Of a stretch of DNA of 64,000 nt, positions 50,654 through 61,481 are shown piece by piece (position 1 is the stretch's first letter; each line of letters opens with the position of its first letter). Under the pieces are notes generated by a model, which was not told the DNA's origin, did no database searches, and saw nothing but the letters and a program-made list of their open reading frames with translations. A program made the translations under genes and the position numbers. The DNA is from Bacteroidota bacterium (GTDB lineage: Bacteria > Bacteroidota > Bacteroidia > JACCXN01), in the NCBI GenBank assembly GCA_013696965.1, contig JACCXN010000035.1, positions 14,393 to 78,392 of the forward strand, in the 5' to 3' direction.

Positions 50654-53191
50654 ATGGTGTATAAATCCCAGGAGGAAATAGAAATGAATAAAGATATTAT
50701 TCTTGAAAAAGTGCTTGAAGAAAGCATGGTTGAAGTTTTAGAAAAAACTATTTTAAACAATTCAAACAATTCAATTACTTCATTAAAAAAAGAAAAAACA
50801 CATGCCCCGGGTTGGCCAGGCATTGCTCCAAGATGGACATCAGCAGATAAAAACGGAGTAGGTACATCCCTAAACGTTGCCAGTAAAGTTTGGTTTACCA
50901 TGAGCCATGGAACCATTAATGAAATTTATTATCCCCAAGTTGATCAAGCTTGCACCAGAGATATGGAATTTATTGTAACTGATGGTAAAAAATTCTTTTC
51001 TGAAGAAAAAAGAAATACAAGCCATCATATTGAGTATCTAGCAGAAGGTGTTCCTGGTTTTCGTTTAATTAACACTTGTCATGAAGGTAATTACAGAATT
51101 GAGAAAGAAATTATTACTGATCCTTACAGGGATACTTTTTTACAACGAATAAAATTCGTGCCTTTAAAAAAAGATATTTCTGATTATAAACTATTTATTT
51201 TATTAGCTCCACATATCGGGAATTATGGTTCAGGTAATACCGGGTGGACTGGGGATTATAAAGGCATGCCAATGTTGTTTGCCGAAAGAGGTAATGCTCT
51301 TGCCCTTGCGTGCTCAATTCCTTGGTTGAATTATTCTGTTGGTTTTGTGGGAACCTCTGATGGCTGGCAGGACCTTAAAAGCCATAAGTTTATGAAATGG
51401 ATCTACAAGCGGGCAGAAAATGGAAATATCGCCATGATAGCTGAAATTGATTTAAAAGAATCTGAAAAAAGCGAAAGCGAAATCATCATTGCTATAGGAT
51501 TTGGCAGGAATAGCGCTGAAGCAGGACTAAGAGCCAGGTCAAGTATTTTAGAGGGTTTTGATACAGCAAAAAAAGTATATATAAAGGAATGGCTTAACTG
51601 GCAAAAAGATCTTTTTAATTTTAAAACAGCCAAAATATCGGCAAGAGATTTATACCGTGTGAGTACTTCTATTTTAAGAATTCATGAATCAAAAAGACAT
51701 CCAGGAGGTTTTATTGCAAGCTTGTCAATTCCTTGGGGCCATTCACGTGGAGACGATGATTTGGGAGGCTATCATTTGGTCTGGCCAAGAGATTTGGTTC
51801 ATACGGCAGGAGGTTTATTAGCAGCAAAAGCGGATACTGATGCAAGAAGAGTTCTAACTTATTTAATGGTTACGCAGGAGGAAGACGGTCATTGGCCACA
51901 GAATATGTGGATGGATGGTTTTCCCTATTGGACAGGTGTGCAAATGGATCAGGCAGCGAGTCCAATCCTTCTTATAGATTTATCTATTAGAGAAGGCGCT
52001 CTTCAATTAGGAGATTTAAAAAGCCTTTGGCCTATGGTTAAAAAAGCAGCTTCCTATCTTGTTTCTCATGGCCCCACTACCGATCAGTGCAGATGGGAAG
52101 AAAACGCAGGTTACACTCCCTACACACTCGCGGTTGAAATAGCGGCCCTACTAATAGCAGCCGACTGTGCAGAAGTCAATCACCATCCTGAAATAGCAAT
52201 TTATTTACGTGAAACAGCTGATTATTGGAATGAAAGCATAGAAAGATGGACTTATGTTACTGATACTCCATTATCAAGAAGAGTAGGAGTTGAGGGTTAT
52301 TACATTCGTGTTTCCACGGCTGAGAATGGGGATGGTAAATTCCCAAAGGAAGATATAATTACAATAACCAACCGTCCTAAGGGTGCCAATAAAATAAATT
52401 CTAGGGATCTTGTAAGTGTTGATGCACTTGCCTTGGTAAGATTTGGATTAAGGGATGCAAAAGATCAAAGGATACTTAATACTATTAAGGTTATTGATTC
52501 ATTATTAAAAAAGGAAACACCAAGTGGCCCCTGTTGGTACAGATATAATAATGATGGTTATGGAGAGCAAAGTGATGGAACTCCATTTAATGGAACTGGA
52601 ATAGGAAGACCTTGGCCTTTATTATCAGGTGAAAGGGCTCATTACGAAGTAGCAGCAGGAAATTATAAGGGTGCTTATAAATTATTAAAAACCATGGAAA
52701 GTTTCGCAAATGAAGGCGGTATGCTCCCTGAACAAATTTGGGATAGCGAGGATATTCCTTCTAAAGAACTTTTCTTTGGAAAAGCTACCGGTTCTGCCAT
52801 GCCTCTTGCATGGGCGCATGCAGAATACATTAAGCTTTGTCGTTCCATAACCATGAAAAAGGTTTTTGATATGCCCCCACAAACCAAGGAAAGATACATT
52901 GATGAAAAAACAAAATCAACATTTGTAGTGTTCAAATTTAACAGCAAATGTAAAAGAATACCTGCAGGTAAAAATTTCAGGATTGAATCAATGGCCAAAA
53001 TGAAAATAAGATGGACTAATGACAACTGGCAAACTTCAATGGATTCTTATTCATTTGATACGGGACTAAAGGTTCATGTTGTTGATTTAATAACAAATGA
53101 ATTACCAAAAGGAGCAAAAATAATTTTTACATTTTATTGGACAGAATGCAATAAGTGGGAAGGTAAAGATTTTGAAGTGAAAATAGTTTGA
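50654..53191 (+). CDS. GH15 glucoamylase/glucodextranase-like enzyme
   Basis: APGWPG..PRWT, IASLSIPWG, GYHLVWPRD, RWEE, RYNNDGYG, LPEQIWD, PLAWAHAEY; start may be 50684. Confidence 0.92.
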   Translation: MVYKSQEEIEMNKDIILEKVLEESMVEVLEKTILNNSNNSITSLKKEKTHAPGWPGIAPRWTSADKNGVGTSLNVASKVWFTMSHGTINEIYYPQVDQACTRDMEFIVTDGKKFFSEEKRNTSHHIEYLAEGVPGFRLINTCHEGNYRIEKEIITDPYRDTFLQRIKFVPLKKDISDYKLFILLAPHIGNYGSGNTGWTGDYKGMPMLFAERGNALALACSIPWLNYSVGFVGTSDGWQDLKSHKFMKWIYKRAENGNIAMIAEIDLKESEKSESEIIIAIGFGRNSAEAGLRARSSILEGFDTAKKVYIKEWLNWQKDLFNFKTAKISARDLYRVSTSILRIHESKRHPGGFIASLSIPWGHSRGDDDLGGYHLVWPRDLVHTAGGLLAAKADTDARRVLTYLMVTQEEDGHWPQNMWMDGFPYWTGVQMDQAASPILLIDLSIREGALQLGDLKSLWPMVKKAASYLVSHGPTTDQCRWEENAGYTPYTLAVEIAALLIAADCAEVNHHPEIAIYLRETADYWNESIERWTYVTDTPLSRRVGVEGYYIRVSTAENGDGKFPKEDIITITNRPKGANKINSRDLVSVDALALVRFGLRDAKDQRILNTIKVIDSLLKKETPSGPCWYRYNNDGYGEQSDGTPFNGTGIGRPWPLLSGERAHYEVAAGNYKGAYKLLKTMESFANEGGMLPEQIWDSEDIPSKELFFGKATGSAMPLAWAHAEYIKLCRSITMKKVFDMPPQTKERYIDEKTKSTFVVFKFNSKCKRIPAGKNFRIESMAKMKIRWTNDNWQTSMDSYSFDTGLKVHVVDLITNELPKGAKIIFTFYWTECNKWEGKDFEVKIV

Positions 53192-53234
53192 AAGACAATC
53201 AATAAATATAAATAGCTGCTTTAAAAAAGTAATA

Positions 53235-54524
53235 ATGAAAATACCTGAGGTTTTGATGTTAGGGTGGGAATTTCCACCTGTTATAAATGGCGGTTTAGGC
53301 ATTGCTTGTCATGATTTGTCCATCGCTATGGCTGAATTTGCAAATGTTACAATGATTATACCCAAAGCAATACCCGGATTTAATACTGGGAAACTTAATG
53401 TAATTGGATTAAATAACATAGATGTTAATTCATTTGAGGATATTTCAAGGCAAAATGAATATGGTTCTCTCAATGAGATTTACAAAATACCAATGGATCT
53501 TGACCCTTATTATTCTACTGATTACACTTCAGAGAGGAAAACAGGTTATATAAACGAGGTAATAATTCAAGGCAAGAAATACAGTATTTTTGATATTGAC
53601 AACCTTTATGGTGGAGATGTAATCCATAAAGTTATTCAGTTTGGAAATATTGCTGCAAAGTTATCCGAAAGATTGAATTTCGATATCATTCATACCCATG
53701 ATTGGATGACAATGGTAGCAGGTATGGAAATAAAAGCGCGTAGTGGAAAACCACTGGTTATGCATATTCATTCCCTTGAAGTGGACAGGAGCGGGCCCGA
53801 AAGCAAAGGATGGATGTATGATATAGAAAAGCAAGGTATGGAGGCTGCAGATTTGCTAATGCCTGTGAGTAGATTTACTGCTGAAAATATTGTGAAGTAT
53901 TATGGGATTGATCCTGCCAAAATTGTACCAGTTCATAATGGAATAAGACCAGTAGTTCCATTTAAATCTGTAAGACCATATAAGGAGAAAACAGTTTTAT
54001 TTATTGGCAGATTAACCAGGCAGAAAGGTCCAGAATATTTTCTTCAGATTGCCTCTAAAATTTTAAAACACAACCCAGATGTACGTTTTGTTGTGGCAGG
54101 AGCAGGGGAGAGTTTTAGAAAAATGTTGTTGGATAGTTCATATAGCAAAATTGGTAACAGATTTCATTTAACTGGATTTATCAATCAGCAGGAAATAAAA
54201 CATTTACTTTCTATTTCAGATGTGTATTTAATGCCCTCTGTTTCTGAACCATTTGGACTTTCTGCAGTTGAAGCAGCTCAATTTCAGATTCCCTGCGTAA
54301 TTTCCAAGCAGTCCGGAGTTGCTGAGGTTTTATCCGGCTCACTGAAATTTGATTTCTGGGATGTTGACAGAGCTGCTGATTATGTTTTAAATCTAATTGA
54401 TAATCCTATGTTAAATTCAAAGGTTGTTGATGATGCAAATAAAAATCTTAAACTCATAAGTTGGAATTTAACAGCCAAAAAAGTTGTTCAGACTTACCGG
54501 GATTATAAATTTTGCAACAATTAA
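53235..54524 (+). CDS. GT4 glycosyltransferase (glycogen/alpha-glucan synthase-like)
   Basis: MLGWEFPP..GGLG, HTHDWMT, GRLTRQKG, PSVSEPFG. Confidence 0.9.
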   Translation: MKIPEVLMLGWEFPPVINGGLGIACHDLSIAMAEFANVTMIIPKAIPGFNTGKLNVIGLNNIDVNSFEDISRQNEYGSLNEIYKIPMDLDPYYSTDYTSERKTGYINEVIIQGKKYSIFDIDNLYGGDVIHKVIQFGNIAAKLSERLNFDIIHTHDWMTMVAGMEIKARSGKPLVMHIHSLEVDRSGPESKGWMYDIEKQGMEAADLLMPVSRFTAENIVKYYGIDPAKIVPVHNGIRPVVPFKSVRPYKEKTVLFIGRLTRQKGPEYFLQIASKILKHNPDVRFVVAGAGESFRKMLLDSSYSKIGNRFHLTGFINQQEIKHLLSISDVYLMPSVSEPFGLSAVEAAQFQIPCVISKQSGVAEVLSGSLKFDFWDVDRAADYVLNLIDNPMLNSKVVDDANKNLKLISWNLTAKKVVQTYRDYKFCNN

Positions 54525-54567
54525 ATAATAAATAACAGAAATTTTATAACCATTTAATCCAGAACCT

Positions 54568-55803
54568 ATGCCTTCAGTATGTTTTTATTTTCAAGTGCAC
54601 CAACCCTTCAGGTTAAAAAGATATTCGTTTTTTAATATAGGAAATACCCCTATGTATGAAGATGATAAATTAAACAAAGAGGTTCTTGACAAAGTCTCGG
54701 CTAAATGCTATATAAAGACAAATCAGAAAATGCTTGAATTAATTGAGCGTCATAATGGGAAGTTTAAGATCAGTTATTCCATTAGTGGTATGGCTATTGA
54801 ACAATTTGAAAGATACAGACCCGATGTTTTAGAATCCTTTGTAGCCTTGGCTAAAACAGGATGCGTTGAATTTTTAGCTGAAACCTATAACCATTCCCTG
54901 AGTTATTTGTTTTCAAAGGATGAGTTCAAAAGACAGGTTCAAAAACATGAGAAGAAAATTAAAAAATATTTCGGACAAACTCCTAAGGTGTTCAGAAATA
55001 CTGAATTAATCTTTAATAATGAACTTGCAGTTGATATTGAAAAAATGGGTTATAAGGGTATTATTTGTGAAGGAGTTGATAGATTATTAAATGGAAGGTC
55101 TGCAAATTTCCTTTACCAACCTATTGGTACAAGTAAGATAAAAGCATTATTGAAAAATTATAAGCTTTCCGATGATATAGCTTTTCGCTTCTCTGACAAG
55201 AATTGGAGCGAATTTCCATTAACGGCTGATAAATTCAGTCAATGGGCACATACAATTGCAGGGAATGGAGAAGTTATTAATCTTTTTATGGATTATGAAA
55301 CCTTCGGAGAACATCAATGGGAATCCACTGGAGTTTTTGACTTTTTGAATTATATGCCTGAATTCATTTTGAAACACCCTGATTTCGATTTTAAAACTCC
55401 CTCAGAAGTTATTAGCCAGTATCCAGTTAGAGGAGATTACGATGCTCATGATTTTATTTCATGGGCAGATACCGAAAGGGATTTGTCAGCATGGTTAAGT
55501 AATTCATTGCAAGAGGAAGCAATGCAAAGAATTTTTTCTCTGGAGCATTTAGTTAAGGAAGCAGATGATCAGGATCTACTCAATGTTTGGGAAAAACTTC
55601 AAACATCTGACCATTTCTATTATATGTGTACTAAATTTTGGAATGATGGGGATGTACATAAATATTTCAGCCCCTATGATTCTCCCTATGATGCTTACAT
55701 CTATTACATGAATGTGTTTTGCGATTTCGAAACCAGGGTAAAAAATTCAAGCAAGAATAAACTGGTAATGATTCCGCAAGAATTTGAACTTGAACTTGTT
55801 TGA
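54568..55803 (+). CDS. GH57 alpha-amylase-like protein
   Basis: YFQVHQP, ETYNHSL, FRNTEL, SDDIAFRF, MDYETFGEH, QTSDHFYYM. Confidence 0.93.
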   Translation: MPSVCFYFQVHQPFRLKRYSFFNIGNTPMYEDDKLNKEVLDKVSAKCYIKTNQKMLELIERHNGKFKISYSISGMAIEQFERYRPDVLESFVALAKTGCVEFLAETYNHSLSYLFSKDEFKRQVQKHEKKIKKYFGQTPKVFRNTELIFNNELAVDIEKMGYKGIICEGVDRLLNGRSANFLYQPIGTSKIKALLKNYKLSDDIAFRFSDKNWSEFPLTADKFSQWAHTIAGNGEVINLFMDYETFGEHQWESTGVFDFLNYMPEFILKHPDFDFKTPSEVISQYPVRGDYDAHDFISWADTERDLSAWLSNSLQEEAMQRIFSLEHLVKEADDQDLLNVWEKLQTSDHFYYMCTKFWNDGDVHKYFSPYDSPYDAYIYYMNVFCDFETRVKNSSKNKLVMIPQEFELELV

Positions 55804-55915
55804 GAAATGGTTTTAGAATAAGCTTAAAGGATATTTAAAGCACATTTTGAATAAGAATCCTGAATGAAAATCTTAAGAACAATTAATAATATAAACTTTA
55901 TGGGGAGGAAAAATA

Positions 55916-57670
55916 ATGATTTATGATTTTTACAATCAAACAAGCGAATTAGAGCGTTATATGCCCAAATTTAAACTTGGGAAATATCAGAAAAAAATTG
56001 ATATGAGGCTTAGCCAGATTGAGGAGCAACAATATGTGCTAAGGCTATGGAGCAAAGATGCAAGTTTATGGGGTGAAAACAAGGGTGAAAAAACTATTAC
56101 ACAATCCCTAGGATGGTTAAATATAGTGGAAAAAACAATTGCTGCACTTCCCATGCTTTTGAAATTTGAATCGGATATACATTCTTCTGGTTTTAAGCAT
56201 ATAGTTATTTTAGGAATGGGCGGAAGCAGCCTTTCTTCTTTTGTTTACAAAAAAATTATCCAAAAAGAAAATCAAGGTATTCCATTTACAGTGCTGGATA
56301 CAACTGATCCAGAAATAATTTTGGAAACAGAAAAGTTAATTCCTTTAGAAAACACGCTGTTTATTCTTGCCAGCAAATCAGGGACTACAGTGGAGCCACA
56401 AGCACTTTTTGAATATTTTTATGACAAACTAAAACAAATTAAAGGTGAATCTGCTGGCGAAAATTTTGTTGCTATTACAGATCCAGGAACAATGTTAGTG
56501 AAACAAGCTAAAGAACTGAACTTCCGACAGATTTTTTTGAATTATTCAGATATTGGTGGCAGATATTCAATTTTTACTTATTTTGGTATTATACCAGCTA
56601 TTTTAATGGGTGTTAATGTAGGTGAATTGCTTGAGCGAACCCTGTTAATGGTACATGAATGTTCAGCAGGTGTTCCTCTCAGGAAAAACCCTGGAGCTGT
56701 TCTTGGCGGAGTACTAGCTGAACTGGTTAAACAAGGTAGAAACAAACTTACATTTTTCATGCCTGAGGAAATTTCTCCAATGAAAATGTGGTTTGAGCAA
56801 TTAATAGCCGAAAGTACAGGAAAAAAAGGTGTAGGGATTTTGCCTGTTTCTGGCGATATAACTAGTGGAAATACATTTTACGGAAATGATAGAATTTTTG
56901 TATTTATTAACTATGCAGGAGTTTTTGACCAAGAATGGTCGGATAAAATTAATTCTCTAGAAGAAGAGGGGCATCCAGTTATAATTATTGAGTTGGATGA
57001 TATTCATGATTTTGGGATGGAATTTTTCAGGTGGCAATTTGCTACAGCTATTTCAGGTGCCATACTAAATATTAACCCATTCGATCAACCAAATGTCCAG
57101 CAAAATAAAGAGAATACAGAGAAAATTTTAAAAACCATTGAATCTAAGGGACTGCTCAAAGAGGATAAGCCTCTTTTCATTGATAAAGGATTACGTTTTT
57201 CTGGTACTACAAACGGTTCCGTTACCGCTGAAGCTTTTTTAGATGATTTCTTTTCACTTGCAGTAACAGGTGATTATATTGGTATTCAGGCTTATATTCC
57301 AGAAACAATCAAAACAACGAGTGAAATAGAAAAACTCAGAAAATTTCTTGAAGAAAATTTACATTTAGCCTCTACCTCAGGTTTTGGACCCAGGTATTTA
57401 CATTCAACCGGTCAATTTCATAAAGGAGGACCCAACAATGGATTATTTATTTTATTGACGGGGGGAAATTCAGTTGATATTGATGTACCAGGAAAGCCTT
57501 ATACTTTTGGCATGTTGAAGAATTCTCAAGCTATAGGAGATTTTAAAGCCTTACAGGATCATAAAAGAAGAGTAATTAAGATTGATTTAGGCGAAGATGT
57601 TTCAAAAGGCTTATATAACTTAAGAGAAACAATAAAAACCTCCCTTACTTTGCAAGTAAAATTTGTTTAA
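55916..57670 (+). CDS. pgi: Glucose-6-phosphate isomerase (SIS fold, resembles the Pgi part of Tal-Pgi fusions)
   Basis: GMGGSSL, SKSGTT.E, AITDPG, IGGRYS, EQLIAESTGK, NPFDQPNV, GPRYLHSTGQ.HKGGP. Confidence 0.85.
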   Translation: MIYDFYNQTSELERYMPKFKLGKYQKKIDMRLSQIEEQQYVLRLWSKDASLWGENKGEKTITQSLGWLNIVEKTIAALPMLLKFESDIHSSGFKHIVILGMGGSSLSSFVYKKIIQKENQGIPFTVLDTTDPEIILETEKLIPLENTLFILASKSGTTVEPQALFEYFYDKLKQIKGESAGENFVAITDPGTMLVKQAKELNFRQIFLNYSDIGGRYSIFTYFGIIPAILMGVNVGELLERTLLMVHECSAGVPLRKNPGAVLGGVLAELVKQGRNKLTFFMPEEISPMKMWFEQLIAESTGKKGVGILPVSGDITSGNTFYGNDRIFVFINYAGVFDQEWSDKINSLEEEGHPVIIIELDDIHDFGMEFFRWQFATAISGAILNINPFDQPNVQQNKENTEKILKTIESKGLLKEDKPLFIDKGLRFSGTTNGSVTAEAFLDDFFSLAVTGDYIGIQAYIPETIKTTSEIEKLRKFLEENLHLASTSGFGPRYLHSTGQFHKGGPNNGLFILLTGGNSVDIDVPGKPYTFGMLKNSQAIGDFKALQDHKRRVIKIDLGEDVSKGLYNLRETIKTSLTLQVKFV

Positions 57671-57691
57671 TTTATTGCAATCAAATTATTG

Positions 57692-57718
57692 CGGCCGTTC
57701 AATTTGAATGGCCGTTTT
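57692..57718 (+). terminator. Intrinsic terminator after pgi
   Basis: cggccgttca-att-tgaatggccg followed by tttt. Confidence 0.75.
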
Positions 57719-57995
57719 AATTTAAACAACTTTCAAAATATAAATTTCAAAATTAATATACAAGCTATTATAATCAGTTAAAATACTTCCTTATAAATAC
57801 TTATGTAAGAAATTACTGCTAATTTCCATTGGTAATTATGAATAAATCGTTGTTTCAACTTTTTGGTTTTTATTTCGGAAAAAAAGTATTCTCCAAATAA
57901 AATTTAGTTTTGTACTTGGGTAAATTTGTATTTAAAATAAGTTTAATTTAACCGCATTTAATTCAGTTAAAGAAATTTATATTTTTATAAAAGTA

Positions 57996-58682
57996 ATGTC
58001 AGTGGATTTTATGGCCAAACAACTACTTATTGAAGCGGAGGAAAAAGCAACTTATTTATTTGATAAAATTCAAGAGCTTGGAATTATTATTGAGGGTAAA
58101 ACAGAATACCAGTTAAATAAGGAAGTTTTTAATTTAGCATTTGAACTCTTTAATATTAAGAAATACTGGCATAAAAGGATCGTTCGTTCTGGAAAAAACA
58201 CTTTGTTTCCCTACAAAGAAAATCCACCTGATTTGGTTTTACAGAGGGATGATATTGTTTTTTTTGATTTTGGCCCTGTTTTCGAAAATTGGGAAGCGGA
58301 TATTGGAAGAACTTATGTATTAGGCAATGACCAAAATAAACTGAAATTAAAAAAGGATGTAGAACTTGCCTGGTACGAAGGCAAGGATTATTTTGAAAAA
58401 AACAAACAAAATTTATCAGGAGCAGATTTTTTCAACTATACGAAAAAACTTGCTGAAAAATTTGGGTGGCAATTCGGAAATATACACTGTGGTCATTTAA
58501 TTGGAAATTTTCCTCATGAAAAATTATGTGGGGAAGAAATTGTTAATTATATCCATCCTGATAATAATAAACTAATGAGTGATAAGGATAAAAATGGGAA
58601 TGAAAGGTTTTGGATTTATGAAATTCATTTTATTGATAAAGAATTAGAAATAGGAGGCTTTTACGAACAGCTTTTATCTTAA
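57996..58682 (+). CDS. M24-family metallopeptidase-like protein (catalytic domain only)
   Basis: FDFGPVF..WEADIGRT, GHLIGNFPH, WIYEIH. Confidence 0.8.
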   Translation: MSVDFMAKQLLIEAEEKATYLFDKIQELGIIIEGKTEYQLNKEVFNLAFELFNIKKYWHKRIVRSGKNTLFPYKENPPDLVLQRDDIVFFDFGPVFENWEADIGRTYVLGNDQNKLKLKKDVELAWYEGKDYFEKNKQNLSGADFFNYTKKLAEKFGWQFGNIHCGHLIGNFPHEKLCGEEIVNYIHPDNNKLMSDKDKNGNERFWIYEIHFIDKELEIGGFYEQLLS

Positions 58683-58865
58683 TGGATTTCAATATTTAAT
58701 GATTAAGCCAAACTAAATTAACTCCCAAAATACATACACATAGAAGTATTCACAATTAAAAGTCAACATGAGTCTATTGATTGCTTATAAATACAACTTA
58801 TTGTTCTCCATTTAAAGTAATAAGGATTAGATTTGAATGTTTATTTTTTCAAAATCAACTGTATT

Positions 58866-60560
58866 TTATTGATTTAGAATTTCAGTTTCATTTTCAATAT
58901 TAGTCTTTAAAAGATTTTTCTTGTTGTTTTTTAAATCCAAAACCAGACGGGCAATTAAATAATTTATTGCAGCAAAATCCGAAATGCTTGGTAGGAGTTT
59001 GTTTTCAGAAATTCCATCAAAACAAATGTCAAATTCCGGATAATGAATTGCTGTTTTTATGTTGTTATAGCCGGAGTACCAATTGAATGCGGTTTTTATA
59101 TACCTTAAGTATAGATCATCATCAAAAACTTCATAAAATAAGCTCAGGGTAATTATAGTCTCTGTAACTTCTGCAGGTTTATAATCAAAATAGTTTTTTG
59201 AAGTTCCAAATGTTGTATTAGAAACGCAATTCAGGTAGCCCTCTCTAAATGAGTTTGCAATTATCCAATCGAAAGTTACAATTGCAATTACCTTATATAT
59301 TTCAACCCCCGATAATAGATATGCATACAAAAGGGCTTCTGATAATTTTGAGTTCGCAGAATGATAGGAATTTTCAATCCACTTTTGTTCCTCCTCAATT
59401 TGAACCTCTTGATAATATTTTTCAATTAACTTATCTGCAATGATTAGTGCATTTTCTTTTATCCTTTCTTCTGGAAATATAGTATAATAGATATATAGGC
59501 CTTTTAATAGCCCGGCATGGGCAGAAAAGCTGGTAAATGTTTCTGATAATTTTAGAATATTTTGGTAATTGGTTTTTGCCTGGGAATAAAGTTGTACTGG
59601 GATTTTGTCATCTTTTATTGACAATAAGATTGCCATTGCCGAAAATGCAGAAACCATATCTTTTTCTTCTTTTCCCTCCAGGCTTTTATGCATATTTATA
59701 TGCTCCATGTTTTTACAAATGCAGTCATTTATTTCCATAAGAAGTAATTCAATCACTTTAAGACCATAAACAACATTTGTTAGCTTATGATATAAACATA
59801 TTGCATGAATTACTTCTGAATTATGTAATATGGAATTTTCAGAAATAGTATGTTTTTTATTTTGCTCATAGTCCAATGCTTTTCTTAGAATTTCCAAGGA
59901 CAGTGGTGGAACTGTAAATTCAATATTTTTATTTACGGAATATCTAAGAAATAAATCAGCATAAATTAATGCTTCTTTATCTATGGATATTGAGGTGAAA
60001 TTATTTGCTGTAACGCCAATTAAATTCTCATCAAAATTTATTTTTTCATTTACCAATTCAATTTTATCACAAATAATTTCATACTGATTTATTAGGATCT
60101 CTTTATGAAATTTGTTGCCAACAAGGATTACATTTGCCCTTGAAGTAATACTTTTCAATAGTTCTTTAAATCGGTAATCTGCTTTTTCTGGTACTTCATT
60201 TAAAAATAGTAGAATTGGCTTTTTTACCGAATATAAAAGAAACAATAGGTTATCACCATTTTCTCTACCATATAAATTTATATTATGTTGTATAAGCACT
60301 GATGAAATTTGCCCATCCTTATTTATGTTATCGGCTAAATTAAAATACTCCTGCCTTTTTAGAGGATTTAAAACATATTGCACTTCTTTATAATTATCAT
60401 AGGTGAAATTTTCTGAAGTAACGGCACATATTTTAAGTTTAAATGGAGTATTAATTTTTTTATTAAACACATCAAATAAAGTTGCAGAATATTGAGCAAT
60501 TTTATCCTCAGAAGGAGAATAAGGACTAATTAGAAGGATATGTTGATCGAAATTATTCAT
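58866..60560 (-). CDS. Highly diverged, internally shortened GT4/alpha-helical-barrel fusion protein
   Basis: Residual motifs ISPYSP..KIAQYS, LIQH, ANSKLSEALLYAY, AFNWYSG.N, CFDGI, YLIARL. Confidence 0.6.
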   Translation of the reverse strand: MNNFDQHILLISPYSPSEDKIAQYSATLFDVFNKKINTPFKLKICAVTSENFTYDNYKEVQYVLNPLKRQEYFNLADNINKDGQISSVLIQHNINLYGRENGDNLLFLLYSVKKPILLFLNEVPEKADYRFKELLKSITSRANVILVGNKFHKEILINQYEIICDKIELVNEKINFDENLIGVTANNFTSISIDKEALIYADLFLRYSVNKNIEFTVPPLSLEILRKALDYEQNKKHTISENSILHNSEVIHAICLYHKLTNVVYGLKVIELLLMEINDCICKNMEHINMHKSLEGKEEKDMVSAFSAMAILLSIKDDKIPVQLYSQAKTNYQNILKLSETFTSFSAHAGLLKGLYIYYTIFPEERIKENALIIADKLIEKYYQEVQIEEEQKWIENSYHSANSKLSEALLYAYLLSGVEIYKVIAIVTFDWIIANSFREGYLNCVSNTTFGTSKNYFDYKPAEVTETIITLSLFYEVFDDDLYLRYIKTAFNWYSGYNNIKTAIHYPEFDICFDGISENKLLPSISDFAAINYLIARLVLDLKNNKKNLLKTNIENETEILNQ

Positions 60561-61437
60561 TTGCTGTTTTGCTTAATTTTTCCATTAAAATTTCTATGGG
60601 GTTTGAAATGATTATTTGGTTAAAATTTTTTGTGAGAAATGCTTTGATTAGCCTGTTAAATTCATTGGGATTCTCAAGGTTGGATAAATAAAAAGCATGT
60701 TTTATAATATGCAATTGAGAACCAGTAATAAAGTAATTAAGATATTGTGAATCTACAGGTGGGGAATCATTGTCCTTTTCTCCTGCAAGGATTAAAGTTG
60801 GTATTTTAATATTTTTAAGACTCTCGCTGCTGTCCATTCTAGAGGCCAGCGCAAGCATAGTACCACATATACCCAATAGGGAGTTAGATTCTAAATTTTC
60901 CCTTGTTTTTATTAATATATCCTTATGGTTATCATTTGACTCAATGCTTAATAGCCCTTCTAATATGTTATCCGAGAAGAATTCCTCGCCTTTTGCTTTC
61001 ACATTTTTAATGAACTCAAATCTTTTAATTTTTTCCTTATTGCTATCTGCATAACTTTTAGTATCACAAAGAATGAGACCTTGTATTCTTTCAGGAAACA
61101 ACTCAACTGCTCTTATCGCAATGTATCCACCCATAGATATTCCACAAAGGATTACCTTTTGTATCTTCAGATGATCCATGAGTGCAATAAGATCATCCAC
61201 AAAAAGATCAATATTGTACAATCCATCTGAAACTCCACTCGATCCATGCCCTCTTATATCATAGGATACTACTTGATAATCCTTCGATAAAAACTCAATC
61301 TGTTCATTCCACATGGATTTGTTCAAACCAAGGGTGTGAATTAATACAAGGGGCGGAAATGAATCCCTGCCTGTAATTGAATAACAGAGAAGATTGTTAT
61401 TGATCTGCACATAATTTTCTGTAACAATTGTATTCAT
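60553..61437 (-). CDS. Alpha/beta hydrolase (PcaD-like); usual catalytic His position reads Tyr
   Basis: YDIRGHG.S, GISMGG nucleophile elbow, LAGEKD, AFYLSNLENP. Confidence 0.85.
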   Translation of the reverse strand: MNTIVTENYVQINNNLLCYSITGRDSFPPLVLIHTLGLNKSMWNEQIEFLSKDYQVVSYDIRGHGSSGVSDGLYNIDLFVDDLIALMDHLKIQKVILCGISMGGYIAIRAVELFPERIQGLILCDTKSYADSNKEKIKRFEFIKNVKAKGEEFFSDNILEGLLSIESNDNHKDILIKTRENLESNSLLGICGTMLALASRMDSSESLKNIKIPTLILAGEKDNDSPPVDSQYLNYFITGSQLHIIKHAFYLSNLENPNEFNRLIKAFLTKNFNQIIISNPIEILMEKLSKTANE

Positions 61438-61481
61438 AAGCTGATTTTTATTAGGTCATTGTTAAATATTGTTTTATATAT

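Noticed and set aside
57805-57830. attC-like motif (aaattactgctaat) upstream of the M24 gene
   Set aside because: Lacks the AAC core and has no matching partner end.
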